DNA of 64,000 nt, from the NCBI GenBank assembly GCA_951406725.2, contig OX597821.1, positions 21,266,001-21,330,000 on the forward strand. Reading direction: 5' to 3'. Positions 12,150 to 26,993 of this stretch are shown in pieces. The position numbers were made by a program, and so were the translations under genes. The first letter of the stretch is position 1, and the number at the start of each line of letters is the position of its first letter. This DNA comes from Octopus vulgaris. Its lineage: Eukaryota. A model generated the notes under the pieces. The model had not been told where the DNA came from. It did not search any database and worked only from the letters and a program-made list of their open reading frames with translations.

Positions 12150-14225
12150 CAAGAATTAATTTCTCTCAAAATTATGTAATAGAGAGCGAAATATTTGCGC
12201 ATTTGCGACGTTTATTTAACCACTGTGATGCATTTATTCTTTAGGATTTCCACAGGGCTTTTTACGTTTCAACTACCCGTAAAGCTATTTCAGTAATATT
12301 ATCAAGTTCCCACCATCTAATAACTCCACTGATCTTCATTCTAAGCAATGCAAATACGATGTTCTCTCACAAACTCAAACTAATAACGAGGTTGGCATAT
12401 ATGTGAGCCAAAGCGTAAATATATAAAACGAATTTTCACACCATTTTGTTTTAAAAATTACTTTAGATGTGAAGTCTTATTTTCAAGAGTGCCTGAAAAA
12501 GCTGTGATGTGTTTAGTTTAGAGTCCATTATTGCTTAACGTCCACGCTATTATTTTATAGATTTGAAATTGAAGCCACATTAGTGTATCTGGTTTTCCTC
12601 AACAGATTCCTATTAGGTAGCTGAACCATTCTTTCTGCATCTGCACTCACAGCCATCGGTTATCCACCAATAGCGAAACACATGACAAGTGGTTGAGATA
12701 TATTCACTAAGCATTGCTTTATCTTTCGAGATTAGTAAAGACAAGAATCTTGTATCATCTGGTGTAATATTTATTTTTTTTTTTTTACACACCCAATTCT
12801 TAATGACGGTCACTCTCATTACTCCTGCGTTCAGAATGGTTTTGCTGAACCGCACATGAAATTTTGACGGCATTGGATATTTACCGTTGTTCATAATTTA
12901 TTTCTGTCCTGGTTTTTGTTTCATGTTTGTAAAATTCCAGGATTTCTTCGTCGTTCACTTCGCTCACTTTCTCAGTAACCAGCGTTTTATGCGAAAGTGA
13001 ACTTCTTTACACGACAGCACTTACATGAAGTACAATCTTCGTTCATCAGATCACAATATTTTGTCGCTGAGTGTGCACAAGCCCCTACACATTCCCGAAG
13101 ATATGAACTGATGTCTACGTGAACGAAACAAAATTTGAAGATTTGTCCTCAAATATATTGCATAAATAAAATATTACATAAAAAAATTTCGGTGAACATC
13201 CATTTTGTCAGTTGCTAGCATTTACATTGTCAACCACGCAACATATAACATTATATGTCTTCACTAATGTGTGGTGTGTGATAGACGGGGAATGAACAGG
13301 AGAGCGAAGCAGTCACCCAATATATGACCAACAAATTATATTTATTTCATATATGTCACGATGTTTAGCATTGGAACAAGGCCTAAGTTTTGGAGCACAA
13401 AGTACACTCGTATAAATCGACTCCAGGATTTGACTGTTGTTTTATTTATGTTTATACGTGTGAAAATGTGACCCAAAAGAATTTGAACGCAAAACGTAGA
13501 GGCATATCTGTATATGGCCAAATATTTATTCCACTAGTCTACAATATCAGTATATGATCCCTAGATTAAGCACATACACTGCTTTTTACGCATTTGAATA
13601 CTGATATCTAATATAGGTATAAAGCCATGAATGAGGAGTTCAAATATATAATTTTATTAAACAATCCCCGGTGCTCACCTAGTACTTACATTACCGACTC
13701 TCTGAAGGAAAAGGCGCAGGAATCCATATCTGGAATTGAACTAAGAATATCAATGTATGCTACGAAATAACTTATATTTCTAACATTCTCCATCATCACT
13801 TCTCATTGCCCTTTAACCATATTGTTATGTCACTGGCACAAAGATATATCATAGCTATGATGTGACTCTGTCACGTGACTCCTGGATACAGGAGTCATTA
13901 TACCGGAGACTATCCGGATTTTCAAGGTGTTTAGACTGAAAATACATGAGTCGTATCCCTGAACGAGACGCCAACCTGTTGCTAGGTTAATCCCAAGCAC
14001 CCTCTGAAATTCATTTTCAGTTAAGTCTACAAGGAAACGTAAAATGAAGAACCTTGATTAAGGACGCAACGCACCGACTAGTCCGGGAATCGAACTCAAA
14101 GCCTAAACATTGAGCTCTATACCCCTAACCCTTATATGTTTCCCAACATTTCGGTGTGTTGAGTTCACGATGACTGTAATCTTTTGAATTAATAACTAGT
14201 CTTTGAGTGATTAATATACACCCAA

Positions 14226-14638
14226 AGCGGCGAGCAGACAGCGATGTTAGCACGACGGACAAAATGCTAAGCAGCATTTCTTCCGTCTTTAACTTCTGAG
14301 TTCAAATTTTGTCGACCTCAACTTTACATTTCATCCATTTTTGGTTTGATGAAATAAGAATCAGTTGCGTATTAGGTTTCTTGTAATCAACGTACCCAAC
14401 TCACCCAAAAATGATGGTCTTATGCCAAAATGTGAAACCGATATTTCACATACTCCTAAGACGGCGAATTGACGGAATCGTTAGCACGCCGGTCAAAATG
14501 CTTAGCAGCATTTCGTCCATATTTACAGGGTCCACTTTGCCTTTCATCTCCTTTATGCTCAATGAAATGAGTACCAATTGACACCTGGGGTCACTATAAT
14601 CGAAGTTGCTGGCCTAGTGGCAAAATATGAAATCAATA
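14226..14638 (+). mobile_element. Two adjacent decayed SINE S1 copies
   Basis: Heads at ~14226 and ~14460, each followed by the TTTCATC..AGTACC core. Confidence 0.7.
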
Positions 14639-15764
14639 TTTGATATACACTCGAGAGGATTAATGGTTAATTTAACTCCGATGGGATTTGAACTCAGTCA
14701 ATAATTGGAAGCTGATAAATACTACCAGACAGGTTGTTATCGATTCAAAATAACATTCGGTTTTTGCCCGGGATAAATTTTATATACTGTCGGGAGAATG
14801 AAATTTGAAGGTAAACTCAATGTGTTGCGAACTAAGAAACACCAAGGAAACTAAGTACGTACCAAAACGCATAAGGCAAATAATGAATTGAATACCTAGT
14901 TCTCGTCCTGAATTTTTTTTTACGTATGCATATGTATGTATGAGTCCATAAGTTTGTGTGTTTGCATATATGTTTATGCCTATTTATGTATGATAAATAT
15001 CTAAGTATGTATTTGCTTTTGCGCGCGTGTGTGTGTGCATGCGTGAGTGTGCGTGTGTGTGTGTGTATGTGTGAGTGTGTGTGTGTGCATGCGTGAGTGT
15101 GCGTGTGTGTGCGTCTATGCGTGAGTGTGCGTGTGTGTGTATGCGTGAGTGAGCGTGCATGCGTGGTCTATAAAACAGGCAATCCTACTTGGCATATTTT
15201 ACGAACCACTACAGAACAGACCGCAAAATTTAACCCCGATATGGTTTCCAGTCAGGAACGTAACGGAAGTTAAAGAAGCACCACAAGATACCGTTTCTGT
15301 CTACGATAAGTACAATGTCTGCAGTTGGGAGAGGTATCTTGTGACTTACATCGACCCTAGTTCTTAGTTGCTACTTAATCCATCGTCACCGAAATGCAAA
15401 GCTCAGCGGAATTTGAACTCAGAACGTAAAGCCGAAAGGAATGCTGCTAATAATTTCACTCAGCATCCTGTCAATTCTACCAAATCGCTGCTTTAGAAGT
15501 AATCAATAAAATTAATACCCAGTCCTTGTCCGGTGCATATTTTACATACCACGGGGGAATAAACGGTAAATTTAACCCCGATATGATTTGAACTAAGAAA
15601 CAGAAATGGAAGATAAGTAAATAATACCAGAAGGTATTTATTTTGTTTGTCACTCTTCCAATTCCACCTCAGCTACCATAAGAATTTCTAGAAGAAAAAC
15701 AAACATCAGATAAAAACCTACAAAAAAAAATCAATGAAACACAGTATTACGTATATACATATAC

Positions 15765-15823
<59 letters not shown>

Positions 15824-15881
15824 CATATATATATATATATATGCATATATATATATAGACATACATACATACATACACACA

Positions 15882-15919
<38 letters not shown>

Positions 15920-16391
15920 CCATTTACAAAAGACATTTAAAAGATGTCTTTCGTTTCTTCTGTAGTTTGTCTGTAATTCTCTGCAAGACATCTATTTTTA
16001 GAATCAGTCTGTCTGTTTGTAGGCCTATATGTCTGTGTACTTCAGACAGAATAAGAGCGGCTGAGATTATGCGGTGTTCTTGTCCGTTGTTTTGTTTTTT
16101 TGTTTTTTTTTATTATTGATTAACTAATCGATTTTTATCATTCTGACACACGGCTATATATCATCGATCGATATAATCGTGTGTGTCTGCGGGAGGGATG
16201 TGTAAATATGTGTGTGCGCGCACGTGCTTGTGTGTGTGTGTGTGTGTGTGTGTATGCATGTGCGTGTGCAAGTGTTTTTGCACGCGTTTGTGTGGGTGGA
16301 AGTGTACGTGTTTGTGTGTGTGTATTTATGTGAAGGTATTCCATATGTTGTCTCATCGACATATATCATTGATATGTGTGATAGGACTCTT

Positions 16392-16425
<34 letters not shown>

Positions 16426-16679
16426 TGTATGCATGTGTGTGTACGTTTACGTCTAAGTATATCTGTATACACACGCACATACTAAATTACATATAAGTAT
16501 ATACATGTTTGTGCGCAGGTGTCTGTATGCATTTGTATATTTGTGTCTATAAATTTGTGGGTTTGCGTGTATGTTTATTTATACGTCTATATATGTATCA
16601 TGAATGTGTATCAAAATATGTTTCCGTATGTATTTTCACATATATGCATGTGTGTGTGTGTGTGTGTGTGTGTATGTTT

Positions 16680-16760
<81 letters not shown>

Positions 16761-16979
16761 CATACAAGCGCGCGCGCGTGTGCGAGCGTGCGTGCGTGAC
16801 CTATAATACCGGCAATCCTACCTGGCATGCTTAGTAATGAAGATGATTTTTGAACACCGAGCATGAAGAAGAACGAAACCTGCTAATAAGACTCGATAGA
16901 CTTATGTGAATGGCAGTTTGGTACTAACTAGTTATTGTGTAGCATCGCCTTCCATGGGCAAAAATGCATCAAAATATGG

Positions 16980-18900
16980 ACACCGTTAATTGGGCAATCG
17001 CTTTATTACTAGAAGACTAAATATGTAGTGAATTTTAGTTACCCTCTGAGGGAAGAGCACTACATCCTTACCATTGGAGTTAGAAATGTGCAGCATTGAT
17101 ATTGATGCATTATTTCAGACCAGTAAGCTAAAATATCAGCGTATCGGTTATATGGGGTTCACATACATGTGGAATGAAATACCAGCTGAAGAACAAGACA
17201 TATTCGGGGTAGCGTTCACCATAAACATGTTATGAATTAATTAAGCTAAAAATTATTGTAGTATGGAGATGAGTACGAGTTTGAGAGTTTCTATTTGACA
17301 GGGATATTTTGCGAAGCTGATCAGAGCTTAGGTTCTTACGATTGTCAAAGCTGATTGTATAAAATAGTTTTTTCAATACTCTGCAAATGTCGGCATTCAG
17401 TGTGACTTAGAGAGATCAATGCGAATAATATGAACATGTCATTTCAATATTCGTGCCATTACCTTAAATAATGAAAGTGTTTTGTTGTTATAAGTAAACA
17501 TGGTATGTTGACGTAGAACTCAAATAAAATAAAGATTGCTTACGTTAGAATTAGAATGGGGCCTGAAGTTTACAAACAACTTTTCGAGCAGAAGGTAAGA
17601 ATGGAACATAACCTGTATACATGCTCTATGAAAACATTGACATTTCTTATGGTTTCATCATGAGTTGGCAGTTGGACAAATGAATATGAATATTACACAA
17701 GCAATCAAATAATAACCTTTCCATTTCTCACCAACAGTATAAATCAAAACCAGGCCTTGAGTATTAAACTGGAAACAGGAAAATTATTGGATAGAAATTT
17801 TAATTCTCTATAGGAGAGAAATATGGATAATCGTGAATAACAAAATCAGCTTCTTTAGAAAACAAAAATATTCACTTTTTCAAATATATACTGTAAGATA
17901 AAGCAAAATTCTATGCTTGGCAAAGCAATAAGGAAACATCATGGCTCGTTTGATTACAGGGTTATCAATCTTGCTTCACCTGATGCGTTTCCAGTTTCCC
18001 CCAACTGGATGGAAATGCAAATAACATATGGATACGGATGTTATTAGTAAGTTCTGGTGAAACTTAATGTTACTCGTCCGGATATGCAAGTTTGCATATG
18101 TACCCAGATTTGTGGTACCCAGATTTGTGAACTCCATGACGACTTAGGATTCACATCCTACGGATTTGTCTTTAGGAAAACTATCTCCACACTAAACGGA
18201 GAAGACCGTAAAAAATGGTAGAGAGGGGCTGCTAATGACTGGTTTAGCCTCTGGTTGGGAAACCTCACCATTTTGAGATTGAAATATGGCGATGTATGTC
18301 ACTCATACTATGGTCATTATCATTGGAACATGGAATGTCAGAAGTTTTCTTGATGCAAATTTAAATGAAATTAGAAGAATGAAATGCGGAGAATTCGGAG
18401 CTGGTTACATTATCTATGGAAAGGAGAAGGAAGATAAACACTGCATTTATGGAGTGGGCTTTTGTTGTAAAAACAAAACTAATGAAGAATCGCGAAGTTC
18501 GGCTTGCAACTTTAATGAGAACCATTGACATTTTCTACACTATTCTAATGAGACAGGTTCTTAACTTTTACCTGTGTCACTACTATTGAAACTGATGAAG
18601 ACACTAAGGGCAATTATACAATCTTCGATGTATCAGCAAACATCAACCTCGTTCTACACATTGCTCTCGATGGTAGAATAAGGACATAATAGGGCAGGAG
18701 AAATGGTAACGGAAGAAATGGTTGGGAAACCAAGGAAGTGGAAATTAATGCTAATGAAATCGATATTGTTTATCATCAACACCTAGTCCTGTTTTGTAAA
18801 TTAGTTCAAAACCGAATGGATGCATCTACGGTCGAAGCCTTAGCACTTTTTTCAAACAATCTATAACATTTATTTTCCTCAACAAGATAGCAAATAACAC
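16980..18900 (+). pseudogene. Two heavily decayed RTE-like LINE endonuclease relics
   Basis: IIGTWNVRS..GYII..G..YGVGF at 18315-18465 and LELEMCSIDIDALFQT..GFTY.W..FGVAF at ~17070-17220. Confidence 0.5.
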
Positions 18901-19831
18901 CTATGATCGCTAGATGTACCCAAATTTCATCACTCGAACTAAGATCTTATCCCTGAAATCGTGGAAAATCATGTGTCTATTTACTAAATCCGCTCGGAAG
19001 AATATTCCTTTTGGAACGGCATGAAAAGTTTTTGTGAACAATCCCAATAAATTATGGAAGAAAATGTTACTAACTTTCCTGTCAACACGAACATAGTACG
19101 TAGTCAAAAATAGTCGGCACTCCGAAACGTCGTCTCAGAATAAGCCAAGGAAAGCATCGGTTTTGTTAAAATGACGTTTAATAAGTAGTTTGGTGTGACA
19201 AACCAAGACGTCTTCTGTCTTAACAATATCGAGAAGTAATACTTCTTTCTTTTAAACATGATTGACAGTCTGTTTGAAGAAAATCTGCTTTCAGGAGATC
19301 AAGTAAAAATGGCAAATTTAAATCAGGCACAAAATAAAGAATAAACATTTCCATAATGTAAAGATTTTTGAATTCTGCGCATCATCTAGATAGAAATCAC
19401 AGAGCTGTGAAAACGATAAAATAACTGGTAATGCTAACACTTTTACCCACGCTGAAAACACCTTGTTTTCAACAGTCTCCGCTACTCAAGAACCGTGCCC
19501 CCCCCCCCCCCCAGCATAACATGTATTTCTTTCATTTTACTACCTTACATTACAACAAATGAAGCACACTGACCTAACAACATCCCACTGGATCTTATTC
19601 ATGATGTACGCATACATTTAAAAAGAAGGATTTTCACTCTTATCCTCGAAATTTAGGAGGCTCAAACATTAGATTTTAATCAGGAAATGTGCATCGTTAT
19701 TGCAATTTTCAAGGGGGTCGGGCGATTTGTAACAACTACATTGACATATCTTTGCTTACCACCACAGGAGATGCTCCCGAAACACATTCCTAATATTTGA
19801 AATAATCCTGGCAGAAAAGTCAGAAAAGTCA

Positions 19832-20005
19832 GCTTAGCGGTATTTCGTCTGACTTTACGTTCTGAGTTCAAATTCGGGCGAGATCGACTTTGCCTTTCAT
19901 CCTTTCGGGACCTATAAACTAAGTTCCAGTTGCGTATTAGGGTCGATCTAATCGATGGCTCCTTCCGTAAAATTTTTGGGCCTTGTGCCTAGAGTAGAAA
20001 GGAAT
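19832..20005 (+). mobile_element. 5'-truncated SINE S1
   Basis: GCTTAGCGGTATTTCGTCTG..GCCTTTCATCC core. Confidence 0.75.
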
Positions 20006-20790
20006 ATCTGAAATACTCCAACATGAGTCACAGACGAACAATTGACATGGTAGGCTGAGCAAAACATTTACAATGAGGTAAGAACCACATGACGTGGGTG
20101 TTCCTGGCGTTTTCACTAACCTCACCGATTGTGACACATTTGCAGGCAATCTGTGATATTGTTGGGCATGTATAGAGTTACCTTGCGGTCATGCTCCATG
20201 TATTACCAACAAAATCAGGAGTAGAAATCTAGTATTGTATTTAACGAGGTACTTTTCAAACCAGACTTGAAATACAAAAACAACTAGTGCATTAACAATT
20301 TAAAGAAACCACATGGTTACCTTGCTTTGAATATGAAAATCCAGAAAAACAAAGTCATTGCATAAACGGCGACAAAAACAATTCGTCTGGTTCCAACCTT
20401 ATTTCGAACTCGTTTCCAAAACTATGAAATATAATCCTTTGAATTAAAAAGATTTCACTGGGTGTAATGCAACTCCGAGAAGGATGTGTAGTACTGGATA
20501 CGTATCAACCCAGCCATCATACCTTACGTTTGAAAGACTATCGCCATCTGAGATTCCGAAACAAAGTTTAAGCAGGAACACAGAGCCATATATATATTCA
20601 AAATGTGACCACGTGTGTACCGTTGGCGATTTTTTTTCTTCTGTCTTCCCTTCTCCTATGTTTCCGACGAAGAACTCCGCTCGGAACGATAAACCCTCCT
20701 TCTTTCCTTCTTTCCTGAGCGTGCAATAATACTATATTTGTTCCACGTCCTCGCGTTGTTGTGTTTTTTTTTGTGCGTTCATGTTTGGAT

Positions 20791-20839
<49 letters not shown>

Positions 20840-21057
20840 CATAAGCTTTTTTTAGATAGATAGATACATAGATACACACATATACTAGAATGAAATATAA
20901 AGGTATTGGTACGTTAATGCTTGTATTAGTTAATGTTTTATGTAACATCATATTATAAAATAAATGTTTATATTATGCATATGCACACACACACGTATAT
21001 GTCTGTATGTGTGTGTGTTAGTGTATATGTATGTATGTAAGTATATCTATGTATATG

Positions 21058-21113
<56 letters not shown>

Positions 21114-21331
21114 CCTTGTTGATTCATTACTTTTGTTTTGCTCGCCTACAATATAATGTGTTGTTCTCGGAGATTTTAAGGTGGTAATAGGGACTTTAGC
21201 GTCTATTTCTGCAGTGCGTGATGAGGCGTAAAGTCGATCCCTTATTATAATTATGTATATAATTATAAAATATTTTGTAAAATTTACCTATGAGGTTTTA
21301 ATTTCTGCACTGATTTTACCATTTTATTATA

Positions 21332-21440
<109 letters not shown>

Positions 21441-21480
21441 TACGTATATGTATACACCACACACACACACACATACATAC

Positions 21481-21512
<32 letters not shown>

Positions 21513-21587
21513 TGAGAGAGAGAGAGAGAGCGCGCGAGTGATTAGAAAGCTGTCTTAGTAGCTACCTAGCAAGATAGATAGATACAT

Positions 21588-21694
<107 letters not shown>

Positions 21695-22143
21695 GATTTA
21701 TGTTATAAACTTGTACAAGACATTTTATAGTTCATCGATCTGGCTTCTATTCCTAGCTGGCAGAATCCCCCGCCGCGTCTTTGCTGAGAGAAAGGTAAGT
21801 CCAGAGAAACTTTAAGATAGGGGAGAAAAATGTCTTGTGAGTTGTACCACGCTGCAGGAAATATATAATGTGTTGATCTTAAATATGTCATTAGATAGAA
21901 AACTAAGGCTGGTTGCTTTGTAGTGAATTAGTAACGTAACTTCCAGAAAGACGTACATCTATATCTTGTTACGCATACATAGATATGTACACACACAAAC
22001 GCATATATAGTCACATATACAGATATACTCGCATAGGCACTGCATACCCTTGAAAATATACTTACTGATGTATATTTACACACATTTATGAACAAATACC
22101 TATGCTGTTATACCTCCATACATATTGTACACCGAGTTATAAA

Positions 22144-22233
<90 letters not shown>

Positions 22234-22493
22234 CTTCTTTTCACCACCTGCAAAAACAACAACGCGAGCATTTATACACACACATATTTATGCACTTATA
22301 TATACATACACATATATGTATTTCAATCAACACTTGTACCGCTGCGTACATTCATCATTTTACACAATACGCATACAAGCACACACACACACACACAGAA
22401 GCGCGCGCACACACACGCATGCATGCACGTACACACACACACACTCGCATATCTGCTGTCATTCGTAAATCTCGATCTACGGATAAACATATG

Positions 22494-22534
<41 letters not shown>

Positions 22535-22684
22535 TAATAAATAAAATATATGCATACATACAAACATATATATACGTACCTACATCTACATGTATATATA
22601 CATGCATATATAAATATATATGCGTGTGTACAAGACACCATTCGATTCGTTTGGTTTCGATTCGTTTCTTCTTCTTCTCTAAGC

Positions 22685-22735
<51 letters not shown>

Positions 22736-24039
22736 CATACATACATACATACATACATACATACATACATACATACATTCACGCGTACATACATACGTAC
22801 ATAATTGAACGCTCAAGTATGTACACACCAATATATATATTCAGTTACCAACAATTCATATACTAATGTATTTGTGTGAGTATGAATGTATGCGCGTGCG
22901 TGCGCATAGTAATGGAATTTTTATTAGTAATCAAATGCACGCACATAGAAAATACAATTCTATGCACTTTCATACACACTATACACCACACACACACCAC
23001 CCATACATTCACACCACTGACATACACACATTCGAGTGCGTGTGCACACACACACACTCACAAACACACATTTACTTATAAACAAACACGGGCACAACCC
23101 AACATATACACACTCATACATGAATGTGTATACACGCTACAAGCCAGTGATGTACCTACCTACCTTAAGGCATTCTTTCGGAGATTGAGATATATATAAA
23201 CAATCGCGCAAATTCACACTTACACTCTCTCACATATAGCAAACGAGGGAAATGCACACACAAACACGCATGCAGGAAAACAAACACACTGACTCTGATT
23301 AAGTGAATGGAGGACAACAATGCTAACGATGACGTCACCAAGGTGAAGGCTATATCGGCTGCCATCTTGCTCTATATTTCATATGACCTATTTTATTTCC
23401 TCACTTTCTAAAGTTGGCTTCTGTTGTTTAGTTGTTTTTGTTCTTTAGAGTATTGTGATTCAAGATATGATTAACCACGTTCCAATCGTGACCATCTCCT
23501 CTTTATGGTAAGCAGATTTTACAAGATATAATTTTATTGGACGGTTGGATATGCGATGAGGGATATTTGGCATTTAGCTTTAGCACCAACAATGACAGTG
23601 GAAAGACTGAATTGTGTAGATTTTTATAGTTGTCCATTAACTCAAAGTCCATCCCGAACAAGGGCAACTAATATCAAAAACGTCCTGACCATGACAACGG
23701 TCATTTTCTGAGGGGCAGCATTTAAGACAGTAAAGATTTCTGATGAACATAGCATAAAACATTCCCGACAACTTAAGTAAACATGGCTTGTAAAGTGATT
23801 AAATTAAATTTACATTTAATGTTCGTTAATTATGTATTCGTGGAATTAAATGGTATTTATTGTAATGAAATAGTTGTTCTAAGTAATTATGTGAAATGTA
23901 TTCTTTTCTGATTATTCGAAGCATGTTGCTCTTAAAGTTCCTTTTAGTCGATTATCATACACCTGAAAGTTTGTTCCGTTTGCCTTTCACATTTGTCTGC
24001 ACTGATGAAGGTCAAACATGGATATGTGGCTTTATAAAG

Positions 24040-24700
24040 CTGTTCTACTTTATAAGGTTGTTCTTCAAAAAAAGGATGAAAATCCAGTAGAAATGTGTAA
24101 AACTATTTGTAAAATGTATGGCGAAACTGTTGTATGAGCACCATCTTTTCGTAGATTGTTTGCAAAATCTACGCATAGAGTTTTTCTGATTAGATGTCAG
24201 TCACTGTGGAAGACCTGCAGAGTTGGACGACGAACTTTTGAATGTAGACATTACAGCAAATTAAATATCACGGTTTGGGAGCTGGCAGAGATGCTGGAAG
24301 TTTCAATAAGTCTTGTTTATGAACAGAGATAATTTAGATTTCCATAAAAAAAACCCATCAAAGACAGCTACCAAACCTAATTTGTGTCAGGTAAGTTTTC
24401 AAAGGAATTATTTATTATAAGCTATAACCACCAAATCAGACCATAAATTTTGACGTGTCCTGCCACTAGCTACAGAAAACTGGTTTTGTTCCCAACACGA
24501 CAAAACCAAACCTCATATGTAATTGTCTTCCAGCACAAAGTTAAATGAGCATGGGTGCGTCGTTTTGCTGTATCCACCATATTATCCCGATCTTTTACCA
24601 ACTGATGTTTATTTGTTTAGGTACTAGTAAAATGCCAAGAACGGAAAAAATTATGAAACGATTTGACTGCAGACAAAAGCCACCTAAATAAATAACTTCT
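24040..24700 (+). pseudogene. Highly decayed mariner transposase
   Basis: Relics ICKMYG, CGRPAELD, ELAEMLEVS and YPPYYPDLLPTDVYLFR (HPPYSPDL-like). Confidence 0.65.
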
Positions 24701-24789
24701 GCAGCCCATTTCTATTTGCATGGAATTTTGAAGCTGCTCAATACAATGGCCGGACGAAAAATTCATAGGATCAACAAGATACTCTAATA

Positions 24790-25880
24790 ATATTTATTTT
24801 TCTGCATAGTCCTCATTGCGGTCCACGCACTTCTTCCATTGGTATGGCAATGCTTGGATCCAAATGGTAAAGAGGTTATCATCCTGTTGATCAAAAACAT
24901 TACTAAACACCAGACATGAGGTCATAACAGACGATAGTCAGAGAGAGCCAAGTCAGGTGAATAAGAAGGATGACAAACCAGTTCCAAACCACAATCTCAC
25001 ACATGTGTGATAGAGTAATGTCAAAATGAAACAAGACCCCTTCCTTCTGTTTTGTTCAGCACTGGGTCCTGATAGCCTTCCGTAACTGTCAATGTAAGTT
25101 GGCATAGTTCTTTCCATTGAACATAAATCAGTAACAACAATGCTTTTTGCATCCCAAAAGACTGAGGCTATGCCCTTCCTAGCAGAAGAAACAACCTTTG
25201 CCTTATTTGGAACAGGTGAGGGAGAGTGTTTCCACTGCATGGGTTGTCCCTTTGTGAGTGTTAGCTCAAAGTGATGACACCAGCACTCATTGTGTTTTAA
25301 GAAATCGCCAAAGAAAGCAACATAATATTCCCCAATGTCAGATTTTCCTCTGGTGTGATCAGCCCGGTGAGTTTTTGATCAGGTAGCAGAAGACATGGCG
25401 CCCACCGAGCAGAAACTTTGGTCATGTTAAATCCATTTTGCAGAATATTCTCAATTCTCCCACAGAATATGCTTATGGTATTGTTTATTTGATTTACTGG
25501 CAATCGCCTGTTATCCATCAGCATGTGATGAACACGACCAAGGTTTTCTTTGCAGGACGTCCAGATTTTGGCTCATGGTCAAACGCTCACTTCCCTTCCT
25601 AAATTCAGCTTTATTTTTGATAAAACCGGAGCGTCATACCCTAAAGAAGCAACCATGTTAGCACGAATGTCTTTGGAGGCTAAACCAATTTCCTGCAGGT
25701 TCTTTATAACGATACTAAATTTTGTCTATTTTCAAGAGAATTCTCTACTTGTTACAAATGAAATCTTCTTTGAACAGTCAGATGTTAGTTTAGTTTCTGG
25801 TTGTAAATAAAATTAGGTGAAATTAATGCATGCAAGATTTCCCTACTCTTCCATCACATCCCCATAGTCAGCTTTTTCAG
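24790..25880 (-). pseudogene. Decayed mariner transposase
   Basis: ORFs 25297-25524 (KVSARWAPCLL) and 24953-25240 (MQWKHSPSP..KAKVVSSA..ASVFWDAK). Confidence 0.8.
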
Positions 25881-26395
25881 TCTAAGTTCGCGGATGAACT
25901 TAAATCAATAACGAAAGGAAAAAATGGAGGTTAGTTTTATGAATAAAATTTTATTGCATAGCAAATTTATTCGATTTATTTTCATCCTTCAAAAATGCCT
26001 AGAAATTTTCGGACGCCCTACTAGGGAGAAATATATTATTCATTCAAAAATGCAATACTTTTAGGATAAAAGCGACAACAGCCAGGTTTACAACCATTGT
26101 TTATCTCCTATATCAGAATTTTCATTGTTTTTTTTTTAAATTTGTTTATCTTTTGTCAAGTGGACATTATTGATATGAGAAGAGAAGAAATTTTGCATGT
26201 TTTGCTTAATGAATGAGCAACAAGTTCGGGCTCCATTCAGAATTGTTTTACCGTATGTATATATAAATATATATGTATATACATAGACACATACATACAA
26301 ACATACATACATACATATCTGTATGCATGCTTGTATGTATGTATGTATGTATGTATGTATGTATGTTTGTCTGTGTGTGTTTCTGTGTGTCTGTT

Positions 26396-26438
<43 letters not shown>

Positions 26439-26513
26439 GAATCAGAAACACAAACCACAGACTGTCATGGACGACTGAGATTCAGTAAATTTCCCTAAAC
26501 CGAGCAACGCCGT

Positions 26514-26577
<64 letters not shown>

Positions 26578-26580
<3 letters not shown>

Positions 26581-26909
26581 CACAACTATAAGAGAGAATC
26601 CACTATGTGGACGCTCTTATGCTAGATATAGATCCGCAAAGGGACTCCACCACTAAGAATTGTTCTCAAGAAATAATTCAACACACCAGGAACGTTCTTG
26701 GTGTGTTGAATTATTTCTTGAGAACAATTCTTAGTGGTGGAGTCCCTTTGCAGATCTATATCTAGCATAAGAGCGTCCACATAGTGGATTCTCTCTTATA
26801 GTTGTGTATTAATAATATTTATTGAATCTCAGTCTTTTATATGCTAGGCCACTGGTGTTTAAATTGATGTTATTTAGTTAATATCTAAATTTCTCACCCT
26901 TATTTTGAC

Positions 26910-26916
<7 letters not shown>
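26578..26916 (+). repeat. (TA)n-embedded 232-bp palindrome plus a ~105-bp tail
   Basis: Arms 26578-26693 and 26694-26809, centre AAC|GTT, two mismatches seen. Confidence 0.92.

Positions 26917-26993
<77 letters not shown>

Noticed and set aside
20660-20695. Hammerhead-like relic CCGACGAAGAACTCCGCTCGGAACG in a TA-flanked repeat
   Set aside because: Both core boxes are mutated. At most a dead remnant of a PLE end.
23327-23370. CRE (TGACGTCA) and YY1-like (GCCATCTT) motifs; similar motifs at 2317-2395
   Set aside because: Short motifs are expected by chance and there is no supporting promoter evidence.
24002-24030. CTGATGAAGGTC following a PLE-like 3' fragment
   Set aside because: No matching stem II-GAAA; truncated by the mariner relic.
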